DNA of 58,782 bases, counting the filler, from Bipalium vagum (Eukaryota), in the NCBI GenBank assembly GCA_037834085.1. It is 3 parts of 3 records of this genome, joined end to end, with 100 filler letters (N's around TTAATTAATTAA, not from the genome) between each part and the next. Parts side by side here need not be neighbours in the genome. Positions count along the whole stretch, not along the records: positions 1 to 15,633 come from JBBMKC010154622.1; 2 more parts are not named here. One strand, given 5' to 3'. Numbering within the stretch: the stretch's first letter is position 1; every line of letters begins with the position of its first letter. The position numbers were made by a program, and so were the translations under genes. Below the pieces are notes generated by a model. It made no database searches, had not been told where the DNA came from, and saw only the letters and a list, made by a program, of their open reading frames with translations. Of this stretch, positions 1 to 13,467 are shown one piece after another.

Positions 1-92
1 AATATAATATAAATATAATATAAATATAATATAAATATAATATAAATATAATATAAATATAATATAAATAAATATAAATATAAATATATAAT
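1..92. repeat. AT minisatellite, 11-bp unit AATATAATATA
   Basis: About 6 direct copies followed by degenerate copies. Confidence 0.85.
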
Positions 93-1223
93 ATTAATAA
101 TTTGAAACTATTTTATGTTTTAAAATCCATTAAAAAATTTTCGGTTGTGAATATAATATTTTTCTTGTGAAAAATGGAGTGTACAAAATTTCTAGAAATT
201 AGAATGATTATTATCCTGAAAAAAGACTATTTATTTAAATAAACAAAATTAAAATAATTTTTGATAAAAATAATTTTTCCCTTGATAGATCTGAATGAAA
301 ATAGTTTAAGTATTGATTTTATTTTGATGTTTATAACAAAATTTATCGAAAACGAATTTATGCCGGTTTTCCATTGTCAAATGGAGAAGGAGAACCCAAG
401 TCACTTTATTCTTTATTTTTGAATCCTCTAACAAACAATTATCACGGAGACTTTTATTAAAACATGAGCAATATTAATTATTAATCCTTCAAAATTAAAT
501 TACGAAAATGAAATATAAAACACTTTCGATAAATAAAATCAATATTTCTCAAAAACGCCTCATAAATATCCTCGTTATTTGAAAGGTAAAAGTTCTCCAA
601 ACTTCATTTGAGACATCAACGAAGGGTTTGGAATCTGTTGTGAATATTCAACAAAGAGTCCTGAAAGAATTATTATTAAGGAAATATTTAATCTAAAGTG
701 TTTCCCTTTCCGAGATAATTATGCGAAATAATATTGATATCAGAATATGGGGACATGATTAAAGAAAATTCAATTATGCCTTTTGGACTAATGGGGTATA
801 TCATCTTAAATTTTATTAAAAAATCTTGTCAATTTGACCAAAATGAGAGGGGACCGATTCGTGAATGCAGAAATTGTCGTCTTCATCAATTTCTTTCCAA
901 GTTGTTTTGGAGATTCGCTGCTCCGCCAGTTTGAGGGAAGTTCAATAATTTATTCAAACAAAATTAATGATAGAAATATTAGGAGATACTTCTTAAAATG
1001 AAGTTATTTCTCAATATCATTACAACTCTTTTGAACTTTTACCAAGACCCATTTCACAGATCATTATCTTAAGGTATTTATAATTATAAATATATATTCT
1101 TGGAAATGTTTGAAACATTTTGGTAATTTTCTATTTATAATCAGGAGAATACATACAAAAACCATAGGTAATAAAAGATCAATTTATGGAACATAAATTT
1201 TCATATTATTAAAATTTTCAAAT

Positions 1224-2582
1224 CAGACATTTTTTGCAAAAATCCTATTCAAAATATACAGAAAATTATTCAGAAATATATAGAAGGAATATTCGATTAT
1301 TTCTATTTGAATTTTTTGGTTACCAGAATTTTTAAAAATCAAACAAGATTTTTAAAAATAAATAAATACAACGGAAGATGTAATAAAATTAATTAAGCTG
1401 ATAATTTGTCACGAAAGAAGCGAACCTCGATTAATAAAAGTATCCTAAGAACGATACACCGAGATTTGGACAAAAATATACCGGTAAAAGTAATTTTAGA
1501 AAAATCAGGTACAGCTGCAGCAGCAACATATAATGAGATCGACAAAATATCTGAAGGATTGGCCGACGAACAAATTTTATCAACTAAAAAAGGAAGAACA
1601 AGAAACTACAATTATAATGTTATTGTCTTTTTAAAGATTCCTCTAATACCTAAAAGGAAATAATGATAGAGTTGTCATTGGTCAGAATTTTAGTCAGACA
1701 AAGAACTATCTCAAAAATTTTACATGACATGAATATGCCAGAAAGCGATTAACCAGAGTTCTCGATGAGAGAAATAATAGTAAAACACATTGAAACTAGA
1801 CAGCCTTACGCGAGGGACATTTAGTACATTGAGAAATCTGTAAGCCAGTTTACTTAGATGAAACAGGAGTCATCTTACATTAATCCAGAAATTACGACTT
1901 CATCAATGAACATCAAAGCCATCAAATTGGTGCGAGGTACTAGGTGACAAAATATGAGCTGCACGGCTGCTATTAAGATGACAGGTTTCGTTGTTTTGTC
2001 ATCAGTTTATTTATTAAATCAAATTTACAGGCAACTTATACTTCGAAATCAAAGACGATGGGGACAGTTTTATGGACTTTACTAGTGAAAAGTTATGCAA
2101 TCATTTCGATCGAAATCCTGGAGATGTATTGGTGATGAAAAATTGCATGCTCATCACCGCAAAGATTTTATTAAGTTACTGAAAGAACGAGGTATTTCTT
2201 ACTGATTTCCGCTACTATACTCGCCTCAACTAAGCTCGATCGAAGAGTTTTTCAGCAGTTTTAAATCGTAAATATCATCATTTATTAGAACCATTATAGA
2301 TCGGGACAATTTGAGGGAATTAATTAATCAAAAACTCATGCATCACGATATCGATTTAAGTGATTATTTCCCCAACATGAGGCGGTTTATTGAAAAAGCC
2401 TTGGCGAAACAAGAATTTATTAAGCTCACATTTCCAGTCGTGTATTTGTTATGATATATCAGGTTGTGTAGTATGAAATTTGTACAAATTACCTAAATTA
2501 CCTACAAATTTCATACTACACAACCTGGTATATTTTTTCTATATATTTCTGAATAACCTCATATATTTTTTGCAAAAACCTG
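1224..2582 (+). mobile_element. IS630-like Tc1/mariner-superfamily transposon relic
   Basis: Disrupted transposase from about 1406: YLDETG (about 1850), degraded VLVMxN (about 2130), PLYSPQLSSIEEFFSSFKS (about 2210-2270). Inverted terminal segments ttattcagaaatatatagaa (about 1267) and ttctatatatttctgaataa (about 2537), with ttttttgcaaaaa at both ends. Confidence 0.75.
2459..2528. mobile_element. 70-bp MITE-like hairpin with TA target duplication
   Basis: Perfect 25-bp inverted arms at 2460-2484 (CAGGTTGTGTAGTATGAAATTTGTA) and 2503-2527, an 18-nt loop, and TA at 2457-2458 and 2529-2530. Confidence 0.7.
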
Positions 2583-5019
2583 AATCACTGATGCATTTGT
2601 TTAAATACTTCAATTATGTTTTCAAAGGTCGTTTTACTTTGATTGTAGAATCATTATTATTGGATTTAAGAAAATTTTTATTCATGTTTATTTAGATTTG
2701 GAATAAGTTTTCGTTCCTTTTTTGTCAGTGATTCTAAATTTGATTCAATTTTTCATAAATCCTAAATTAAGCCTTAATTAAATTTTTTAAAGTTACAGGA
2801 TAGTTTTATGTTTACTTTAGTCAAAGATTTCAGTTAAATCGTAAACATTTTATTAAGCATTAAACTTCACATATAACGTAAAACGACTAGTCCTTATTTA
2901 CAATGACTTAAATCAACAGAAAACGCAGTGGTAGCCTAGCAAATCTCTAACATGACGATCACACTGGAGTTTATAAATATGATTATCACTATGTCATATG
3001 TAGAAACTTTCAACTTAAAAGTATTATTTTCATTTAATATAATTAATTATTTATAATTATAATGTTTTTCTTTTTATGATATATATAATTTTTCATTTTA
3101 ATTACAAAATTAGCTGGGAATTTTATTTAAATCACCGTTGAAAAATGAATGGTATATCTGAATTGATATTAAGAGAATGAGAAAAAAGGACAAGAAGAAA
3201 AAATTGGTAAGAATTATCTGTGAAAATATAATCAATTAAAAACTGTCTGTAATGACATCATTTAATCATTGAAAAGATTGTCTTTACAAGAGCGACAAAT
3301 ATTGGTTAAGTTAAAAGTTACTGCTTTTTCTAATACAAAGAAATTTTCTTACTAAAATATTATATTAAAATATATCACATTTCAGCCGTACGTTTGTCAT
3401 GACTGTTAACAATAATCAGATTCCGAAGGAGCGATATCTATAAGGACAATAAAGAATACTTAGTCTAATATTCCTAATTCCCAATTCAATGATACAATGC
3501 TTTTGACCGATGACAAACCGGTCGGTGAAATAAATGACATTTATCATAAACCCTTGTTGGTTGACTATATCAATGATAGTTGTGCTTGTTTCGATAAAAC
3601 AACATTACCAACTGTGTTTTACAGATAATGTTGTAACTATCTAAACAGTAGATTTAGTCTCATTTTGGCGATCAAAGCATGATTTCATAATAAAAGATCA
3701 CACTTTATCTAATGCTCAACCTTCAAGGTATAAAAATTATTTTCTGTGTTCATTGGAACTTTTGAAAGTTTCTTTTTCAGCTCAGTGAGATATGATAAAG
3801 TAGTTTATTTCATGTAAATAAGAGCTATAACTGCCAATCACAAATATCAGACTTTAAAGATGATTTACCATACAGAGGTAAAGTTCACATTTTCATTCCA
3901 GTGCTGTTAACCCTTCCGGTTTTCGGTTTCCTGTTTGATCAAATAGTGCCTTTCGGAAACTATCATTAAGTAAAAAATGAATCTCACGTTTAATTCGATA
4001 TTCAAAAAATCATCTTTTAAAGTGAAAAGTTTTTTCTACATCACTTGCAGGAATCATGATTGAATTTTCAATAATTTTTTGAGAGTATCTTAATTTTATT
4101 AGGACAGCGAAATGTTCAGAAATCCTTTTGTTGAAAATCGGAAGAGTCAGCTGTTACAAAGTGAGAACCATTTGAAATGCTTGAAGGAATGAAGACCAAT
4201 GTGTTGGAGTATTATCTTGCCGGAGCTGATAATGTGGTGACCTGGTGTCAGTTTTCCTCTTTCTTACGCTATCAATTCCAGTTTGTTTAAAAGGCCAACA
4301 CAGTATTGATAATCATCCCCATATAATCCGAAAATATTGCATTATGGTGCCCTATAGTAAATTCATATATTACTTGTTCAGAACAAATCCAAAAATCAAA
4401 ATGTTGGTCTTCCAAAGAATATTCAAGAATTGTGATATATTGACTAAAATCTAGAAATGGTAATCTGTTTCTTGAGCAATTTCTGGAAAATATGCGAACT
4501 GACCTAGAATAACCATTCAAATTCTGAAAACTATTTTGTTACATCCAATGCTCCATAAATCCCTGTCTTGATGGATTATCATTCTTTTTCGAAAATTAAT
4601 ATTTGTATCTATAAAGCACTTCATCCGTCAATTAGTTTTTTAGACGACTAAATTGGTTGGCCATGATATACAATACCTTTAAAACCAATTAAAGAAAACA
4701 TTTTTGGGATACTTTAAATCATGACTTAACTCATGATCTTTGGGACTTAATATTTTCCTCTTCTTTGTCATTACTTTTAAAAAATTATTTTCCAATTCCC
4801 ATTGAATAGTAAATTGAATATTAAACTATGGTTACAATAGGTTATGCATTATGTTAAAGCATATTTTCATTCGTCTTAATCATTTATTAGTCAATAATAA
4901 CATGTGACAATTAAAAATCCATTTACAAAACAAAATCAAAAATTCTTTTTTCTCTTATAATATTTATATTTCAAAATTTTATTTTCAAACACTAAAGACA
5001 ATTTTTTATAAATAAAAAG

Positions 5020-5265
5020 ATATTTATCATTCCACGGCGCATCGACTATAATGAATGTAGACTTCGATAGATTGAGTGCGCGTACATGACCAAGATTCTT
5101 CAACGAATATTCATTTCTTCTCCGAAGCTGATCAAGATTTTGGGCACAATAGCCTTTATCGTAAACGTAACGTTTTAAATCCGACGAAAAGTCCTCCATC
5201 GGTCGTAGTTCAGACATGTTCGCTGGATTGCAATATTTTGGTACAAAATTGATGTTGTAAGACTA
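5020..5265 (-). mobile_element. Tc1/mariner (DD37D/maT-like) transposase C-terminal fragment
   Basis: NINFVPKYCNPANMSELRPMEDFSSDLKRYVYDKGYCAQNLDQLRRR resembles the FVPKxxNPxNxPxLRPIEDFWxxLKxxVY..NLDQL motif of this group. Confidence 0.65.
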
Positions 5266-5539
5266 TACAAAATTTTACTTTTATTTCAAGTAATGAGAAG
5301 ATGCAAAATCTGCCTATAAATCAATTTCATCGTTTTTGTGATGCTGAGTAATAAAATTTTTCAATTTACTCATGCATTTGGTGATTTAGCAAAAAAAATG
5401 ACTTACTTCAATTTTTTTCAATATATTGATTCTTAGTTTAAAATTGATTTGAAACTTATCTGAATTTTTAATTGTCAGATGTTATTTAAGCAAAAAAACA
5501 TTTATTTCATGATAAACAAAAATATCGATCAGTTACGTA

Positions 5540-6240
5540 TTGTCCATCATTGTTTACAACCTTTTCTCATCATTGTACCAATTTGTTGATCCCGTTTTGC
5601 CAAAATTGCGCTGGCTGAAATCAAAGTAATTCTCAACCACCCACTGATAATTGTCTTGTGAACATGGAGATCTTTCTTAACTGAATACGTTGCTGGGCAG
5701 ACTCTGCTTACCTACTGTTCCCTTTTTCGATGATTTACATATAGACACCACTTCTCGTCTCCAATGGAGAAATCTTGAATTGTGACCATGAGTGGCTCTA
5801 TGACGCGCAAGGAAATCTGCCACAATTGTGAAGCAGATGGATTTAAATGCTCCTCATCAAAGTCAATAGGTCGCTCAAAAAGTATTTCGTCTTATAGTGA
5901 GAATTTATCACTCTTAAATTTTCCAAACCTTCTCTGAACTGCCCACGCGCTTATAACATCTTTTCCATAAAAATCACAAATTTCGCGAGCAGCTTGTGCA
6001 GCTTTACAAGCACAATGATAGGTAAAAAGCAGCAGATGTCCGAAATTTACATCTTTATCAATAGATTCCATAGTTCAATTTAAAATATCTCCAAAGTAAA
6101 TATTTTAAATTAGTTCAGTAAAATAAAATTATATACAATGGATAATTTGCTTTCAAAACATCCAAAATACTTTGCTAAATACAACCAGAATTGGGACAAA
6201 AAACTAATTTGAAAAAACGAACAAACTTATGCTTCAGGTT
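5540..6240 (-). mobile_element. mariner relic (5' part)
   Basis: MESIDKDVNFGHLLLFTYHCACKAAQAAREICDFYGKDV...RFGKFK, then IGDEKWCLYVN; stops and deletions present. Confidence 0.75.
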
Positions 6241-6599
6241 TATGCTTATCAAGTATAAAATAATGTAAAAAACGAAAATATGTATGTATCAGTCCTTTGA
6301 GAGTACTCAAAAAAGCCAATAGAACATATTTATATAAAAATAGTCTTTTATAAGAAAATGTTGAGTTTTACTGTTAGTGGTGTTGAGATTGTGAAAGTGA
6401 CAGGGGCTGTGAGACGTGTTTGTATCAGTGTGTGTGTCGATTTGTGTGTGGTGAGTAATTTGAGGATGGTTATTGGTTATTTTTATGAAAATCAAGATTG
6501 TGCTTGTGTCTGCTTGTGAGTGTGTTCAATATTGTCTGACTTGGTCGAATGTTTATTGAACATTCATTAATGGTTTCATTTATAAAAGACGAGAGACCA

Positions 6600-7243
6600 T
6601 AGTATATTTCAAAAAAATTAATGTTGAATCAGGCAACAATTAGAACAATTCAAAAATATGAAAATAAAATTAGATCCATAAGTTCTTTATTAAATGAAGA
6701 AGAATCAGTCAAAATTTTGTATGAATCGATCGTAATTAATAACTCAGAAAGCAGTTCCTGCGACGTAACTACATGTTTCACTTTAAAAACGGGGATTGGC
6801 TGATAGATTAGTACATTTTTTATAAAAGTGATCCAATAAATAAAAGAAGTTTGAGGTTTAAGAGAGAATTAGAAAATATTTTGATCACTTAACGTGAAAT
6901 ATATAAAGGATTAGAAGCTAAAATGAGACAATCACTGATTACAGAATTTTTAATGGCTGAATCAAAATATACGCCCAAGTCCTCTGATGACGAAAAACCT
7001 ATTTTGAAAAAGAGTTGAATATATAACAATGTTAACTGTGTTCATGTTGAATGAATGATTTACACACATTTATGTTGTTATCGTTTTCTCAATAAACGTT
7101 CTTGTCAGCAAACACATTTCTTGTCTATTGTTTAATATGAAAAAGAAATCTTACTACCATACATTTCTTACCTTGCAACACACGGAATTGTAAAACACAG
7201 CATTTTCCAGAACCATATGACCGTATTATAAAAGGCCCAAGTG
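6600..7243 (+). mobile_element. pogo/Tigger-like 3' end relic
   Basis: MRQSLITEF resembles the KQxxITDFF C-terminal motif of Tigger-type transposases. The right end reads TA-CACTTGGGCCTTTTATAATACGG on the minus strand, a pogo-like TIR. Confidence 0.45.
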
Positions 7244-8029
7244 TATAATTTTTTATGTTGTGACATTAAATCTATTTTATTAGCTATTGTTTATTAATGT
7301 TATAATAATAATAATTATTAATATTATTTTATTATATTTTTATAATTTTTTAATATAAAAAAATTAATTAACTTTAATTTTTCTGCAAATTAAAAAGTAA
7401 TATTATATAAGAAAAAAAACGAAAACGAATTAATCCATTGAAATATTTTTTTGTTTAAATGAATCATGTATATCTAAATTCCACATATTTTGTATTTGTA
7501 AAAGTTTTCAAATGTCGTGATAACTTTTATGCAAAGTTAAGATATATGAATAAAAAATTTATTATTTATTTTATTTGGTCAGTCATTACAAAATCATGTC
7601 ATGATAAGAAAATTTTATGATTTGCACATGAAGGAAAAAGCTGTCTTGAAACAATTTCTTTAAAAGTATTTTGTTTAGATTTTTACTTAATTATAATATT
7701 AACTATTAATAACTAACTATTTTTAATTATTACTAATTATAATTATTATTTTTTTATTTTATTTTATTATATAATCATATTATATTTTATTATATAATCA
7801 TATTATATTATATTATCATATAATATTATATTATATTATCATATTATATTATATTAATGATTAATAATATATATATAATATCAATATATATTATAATGAT
7901 ATTAGCATTTCGTTATTGTGTAAATAATTATAATATTTGCTTAAATCTTGGAAAAATATCATAAATTAAAGAAACCTTATATTTCTCAACATTCCTTTAT
8001 AAAAATATAATAATTATCTTTTTACTTAC

Positions 8030-8158
8030 GATTTGTGAATTTTTTGATTTGACTCTCGTTTAAATTCACATTGGAAAAGTTCAATATCGATATTGTCCTT
8101 CTTTAATTGATTTAATAATTTTTCATCTTTCATCCAATTTACTCGAAAGGAATATGAT
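8030..8158 (-). CDS. Isolated candidate coding exon of an unidentified gene
   Basis: Strong acceptor (ttttttctttag) and donor (GTAAGT) around a 129-bp phase 2-2 open frame: SYSFRVNWMKDEKLLNQLKKDNIDIELFQCEFKRESNQKIHK. No partner exons confidently identified. Confidence 0.4.
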
Positions 8159-8399
8159 CTAAAGAAAAAAAATTTTAATTTAATAAAAAAATATATAAGA
8201 AAAGTTTTTCAAATGAAATAATATAAAAATATTTTATAAATGAAAGTAATATAAAATACCAATGAAATTAATTATATAATGAAAAAGTCAATTTTTTATT
8301 TTAACGAATCCAATTCATGAACTTTTTGAAATCCGAAAAATTAATAGGTCAACCGAAAAGATATGTCCTTTTTTATTCAATCAGTCTTTATTCATTTAT

Positions 8400-8790
8400 A
8401 TTATAAAATTTTTAAAAAATTATCAGTTATGTAATCCTTGAAGTATTGTATTTCTGTTAAAGGATGTGGCACCCATCTTCCTTCAAAACATTTTTACCAA
8501 TTGATTTAAGATGATCAAATATTGTTGATGAAGGTACCTTAAAGTTTTTAAGACGTCATCCAGAGTCAACCAAGGGTCGCGAAGAAATTGGCCATCAATT
8601 GCCGATGATCTTCCTGATTGTAGAGAATCCTCCAAATCAAAGTTTGTCAGTTTAAATTTAAATTTTTAAATAATATACCTTCCTTTCATCCAATGTAATA
8701 ATCTTCCAAGTGTTCAGTACTGCTGAATTGCCTTAGTCATGTTAATATAGCATGCAATTTCTTAAATGTTGTTCTGAGGCTGCCATTTTA
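8400..8790 (-). mobile_element. mariner relic (5' fragment)
   Basis: MAASEQHLRNCMLY..., LEDSLQSGR and GRWVPHPL (WVPHEL-type motif). Confidence 0.7.
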
Positions 8791-9086
8791 AGATTAACGG
8801 CAGTTAATTTAAATTAAAACATTATTTAAAAAAATAGTATTTACTTTTTCAATATTTAATGAAACAATATATAATAAGTTTATTGATTAATTTGAGTTAA
8901 ACTATTAAAATATTGATCGGAATCGGCCATTAATTTTCGGATGACTTAATAGAAGATTAAAAAAAATAAAATAATTTGTATATATAATTTTGGATCATAT
9001 GAAGAGGAAATGTTTTTGGATTTGTACATTTTCACATAAATCAGTAAATTTACAAATGCATAAAATTATAAATAAAATTAAGGAAA

Positions 9087-9258
9087 NNNNNNNNNNNNNN
9101 NNNNNNNNNNNNNNNNNNNNNNNNNNNNNNNNNNNNNNNNNNNNNNNNNNNNNNNNNNNNNNNNNNNNNNNNNNNNNNNNNNNNNNNNNNNNNNNNNNNN
9201 NNNNNNNNNNNNNNNNNNNNNNNNNNNNNNNNNNNNNNNNNNNNNNNNNNNNNNNNNN
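9087..9258. other. Assembly gap (172 N)
   Basis: Run of N. Confidence 1.
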
Positions 9259-12200
9259 GACATTTACAAAGTGTATAATAAAAACCCACTTGAAGAATTG
9301 AAAATTTTCCTGAGTTATTAAAACAAATTACATTTCCATTCCACAATGAATTAATTTGCTAATGGATTTTAAATTGAGAATAACAAAATGCAATTACAGA
9401 AAAATGTCATTTAATCTTCTGTATTTTGCTTTTGTCACTTCCCAGAAATTTCAATTTGGGACGGAATGTGAAAATCCTCATCAGATTAATTATCAAATTT
9501 ATATAATGTAAAATATGCATAAAAAGAAAATGCTCTTTTGATAAAATTTCAGAATGACAGAAATCGTACATGTTTATATTGTTTTAGGTTTGTATTGATT
9601 TGGAAAGTATTAGATGATTCTCAAGAGGTCCATATATGCATACAGTCAATATGAAAAGTATGTCTTTCATAAAATAAGTGTATTTCAAACTTAACCAAAG
9701 GTAACAGTACTTTCTGAAAAAAGCCTTTTTTTCTGTATTTTGATAATTTGGTCCTAATAGTTATGAAATTTGAATGAGAACATTATATATCTGAATTAAA
9801 AATTCCTTAAATACTACGTTGCTAAGTCAGAAATGAGCGTATTAATGAATAATATTTATTATTACAGAACCAATAAAAAACCGAACATTTTAAATTTCAT
9901 TATGTATATCTATTTGGCTTAAAATATTTTATTAAATATTATCTTTCTGTTCATTTATTTTTAGTTGAAAAGTAAGCTTAGAAATATGATTCATGAAAAA
10001 TACCAAATTCTCATTTGTGTGTGGTATGATTTCAAGCAAGGATAGACTGCTGCAGAACCACATATCGTTGATGATATTGTATTAGCACTGATCAATGCAG
10101 GAAAAAGTTTCGGTGATTTAAGTATGGAAATGTAGATCTAAATGTACATTTATCATCATGAACAAAGTCCTTAAATGATAAGCGATATTATCAAGTTTTT
10201 GTAATCTTAAGATCATCATCACACTGTCTATTTATGGATTATCCTGATATCTTCTCAATAACATAACAACATGTTTCTTAATTTGAGTATTGTTTTGAAT
10301 GTTTAATTTTTATTGATTTTTGTGCTGCTGGAAATTATTAAGCAGTTACAAGGCACTAACAATTCATTTTTTTTAAAAATTCTGTTTTGTGATTTATAAA
10401 CAAATACGCAACTTAAAACCCCTTGATGTTAACAGTTTTTAAGATGATTAATTCTCCTCGATATCGGAGGTTATGTAATTCATAAATGTAGACTAAAAAA
10501 CAATCTGAAAAATAATATTTATTTTATTATGAAAATTACGTTTGATTTTCCGATTTATTTTTTATAGAACTCAAACCGGTTGAGGAAATTTATTTTTTAT
10601 TGCTTTAAGTTTATATTGTAAAATATAAAATGCGGTTTAATAAGGAAATATATTTCATTTCTGAAACTTTTTCAATAAGCAACTGACACGGTAAAAAGTT
10701 TTATTAATTATATAACCTTTGATTTCTTTCTTTCAGATCATTTTCTGTCATTTGAATCAACTTATTGGCTCAATATAATTTACTTATTCTTTGAAAACTT
10801 TACTAAAAACAATTCTAAAGATAGTTATTTTATTTAATTTAAAAATGTATCCATTCAAATTTTAAATTTCTCAAAAATTACATAAATAACATAGGTGAAG
10901 TATAATATATTTATAAGATAATTTTACAAGGTCATATTTTGTTTAAAATTATTCAAAATTTAAATTAATGTTAGTGTTTACTTATCGGTTATTATATTCA
11001 AAATATAAAGATTTCTTGAAATGCAGCCAAGGTCCCTCTTGTGGATGGTTTATTTTGGTTATTGTAATGATTCCGAGTTGAGACTTATTTTTGTAATGTC
11101 TGAAAAATGTATTTATAAAAATTATTTAATTAACACTTAATTAACTTTAGTTTTTATTTAGTAAGAAAATCTTACGCAACGTTTTTTCAAGGTTAAGACA
11201 ATTATTTACAGAAATATGTCCACAAAATATGTAAAAGATTTTTATTTATTTTCTTTTTCAAACTCTAGATGTAACCGACAAATAAATGCGATTTTTCAAT
11301 AATATAAATAGTGTAGTAAAACAAACTAAAAATTACAATCGATAAGAATTCGACAAGTAAATTTCAAAATATTAAAACTTAAACAATTTCTATAATGATG
11401 AGAATGTTGTCTTTATACAACAATTGGGTTTTCAAAAGATTTGCAAATCTTATGAAACCGAGTTCAAAATTAACAAAAAACATTAAAAAAAACATTTCAC
11501 TTTGTAACGGATTTAATTAAATAATTTTCTGCAAAGCAATCGATTTGTACCAATTATAAAACGCGCAGGGAATCGCTGTGTCTACGGAAATTCTAATAAA
11601 ATATTTCAGAAAAAAGGAAAAAAGAAACTTTGATGTTTATCCGTGAAATGCCTGATACAATAATCCCATAATGCAACATTGGAAATTTTGAAATTTGGTA
11701 AATTATTAATAAATTTCCTTGATTCTCCCTAAAAAATTCATTTTCAGCATTTTCAAGACTCTCCTGTGAAGAGTGAAATTAGGAGAAGCGGACAATGATT
11801 GTGGGAGAATATCTTCCCTAGAAGTCTTGAACATAATTCAAAATATTTTCCGAGTCAGGAAATTTTTCTTCTGTTTTATTTATTTATCTCTTTGCTCATT
11901 CATTATCTTTTTGATTGGGGAGGTTTGCATTTTTTAAGATGTTGGTTTTTATTTTTAATTGATTGGGGAAATTTTTATTTATTATGACCTCTCGTCTTCG
12001 AATATAAGAATTTGGCAGTGTCCTTAGAAACTCTGTTCTCATAATAGTATTGATGTCTTTGAATATTTAATTGCGGTAATATTCAAAAATATATTAAGGT
12101 AGTTCGTTATTTTTAGAGAGAATTTTGACTTGTCCGACTTTTTCTGGGGGATCCTGTAATTTACAGACATAAGTTTCAAAACATATTTCTAATTTTAGAA

Positions 12201-12553
12201 ATATATTTTTTAATTTAAAATAATAAATTTTTATGTAAAAAATGAAAAAATAATTATTTTTAAAATATTAATATTGTTGGGATCCACAGTAAAACTGGTA
12301 AAAAGCCAATCAGATGAAACACAAAATCAAAAGAAACAGATTCCCGAGATTGCTGAAGAACCTCAGGAGACGATGGAGAGTGATGACAGCTCTCCAAAAC
12401 TAGTGATCGACATTGGAAACATTTCATTTGATATCTGATATTTGATTTTAATTTTATTTTACATTTTACATTTTACATTTGAATTGATTTTAATATGCGT
12501 GAAAGGCTTCGTAAGGCCTACAATCTTTATTTTTATATCTTTGAAAAAAAGAA

Positions 12554-13467
12554 TGTGATTTATATTTAATGTGGTAAGAAATAATATTTAAATAATAATC
12601 ATTTTAAAAATAAAATAAAAGTTAATTAAAAGTGGAGTTAGATATTAATTAAAATACTAACTCACATGACTAAGCATTATTATTATGGAAATAAAATAAC
12701 TTACCATAAATAAATGATGTGAAAGTAGGGTTACTAAATATAGTAAGCTCTATAGTATAAGAACTAACTTAAAATCGTAACCACCTTCGCAAATTCTATT
12801 ATTAGTAAGAAAACCTTACTTAAAATAGAAATCGCCCACACATAAATTTATATTTAGTAAGTTAGAATAGAGCCAATAAGAAGCTGAAGAATGTGGAAAA
12901 CCGGAGTATATAAACTCCTGGTTTTTACATTCAAAACGCCCTTGATAAATCTGATAATACTCTTACAGCTAATCAAATTAAAGATATTTTTAAGACCCCG
13001 GTAATAATAATAGGTAAGGATTTTGTATTAATTCCAAAAGTGTTTAACCGATCGAGTTAAACTTAAATAATTAATTAATTAAAGCTCATTTGGTGATACA
13101 AGGAAATTCTTCTCATGACTAACTTTTTAATATTTTCTTTGTTTCTTTCTTATTGTTCTCTCGCTAATTCGAGTCTGCTTTGCTCTTGGCGACAGAATAC
13201 GCATTTTTGTTATCAGGACTTCTTCGACTATCGTAAAGTCAATAAGATATTTTATTAATTAATTAATTAATCGTTTGTAATTTTGATTATTGTTTGTTTG
13301 ATTGAATAGATTTCTAACCTTGCATTTTTTATAACAAATATACCTTATTTTGTTAATCGCTTTGCTTATTCGCGAGTTTTCTATTACTTACACTTACTTC
13401 GAGGGAGTTGGTGAGCCCAGTTGTAAGCCCCCTTGTAACAGTTTAGCTTGCGATCTAGACAGTTACA
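12554..13467 (+). mobile_element. Probable 3' LTR of an LTR retrotransposon
   Basis: Purine tract gaaaaaaagaa immediately before TGTGA (12554); ends in GTTACA (13467); internal TATATAAA at about 12906. It follows an ORF end (GSTVKLVKSQSDETQNQKKQIPEIAEEPQETMESDDSSPKLVIDIGNISFDI*, about 12279-12439). No second LTR in the window. Confidence 0.5.

Noticed and set aside
4936-5217. 93-aa ORF as a novel host gene
   Set aside because: Matches a Tc1/mariner transposase C-terminal motif pattern.
6980-7000. CTGATGA-C-GAAA as a hammerhead ribozyme core
   Set aside because: No stem II or flanking helices; it lies in a pogo-like coding remnant (SSDDEK).
8990-9346. ORFs spanning X runs
   Set aside because: Artefacts of translating through the N gap.
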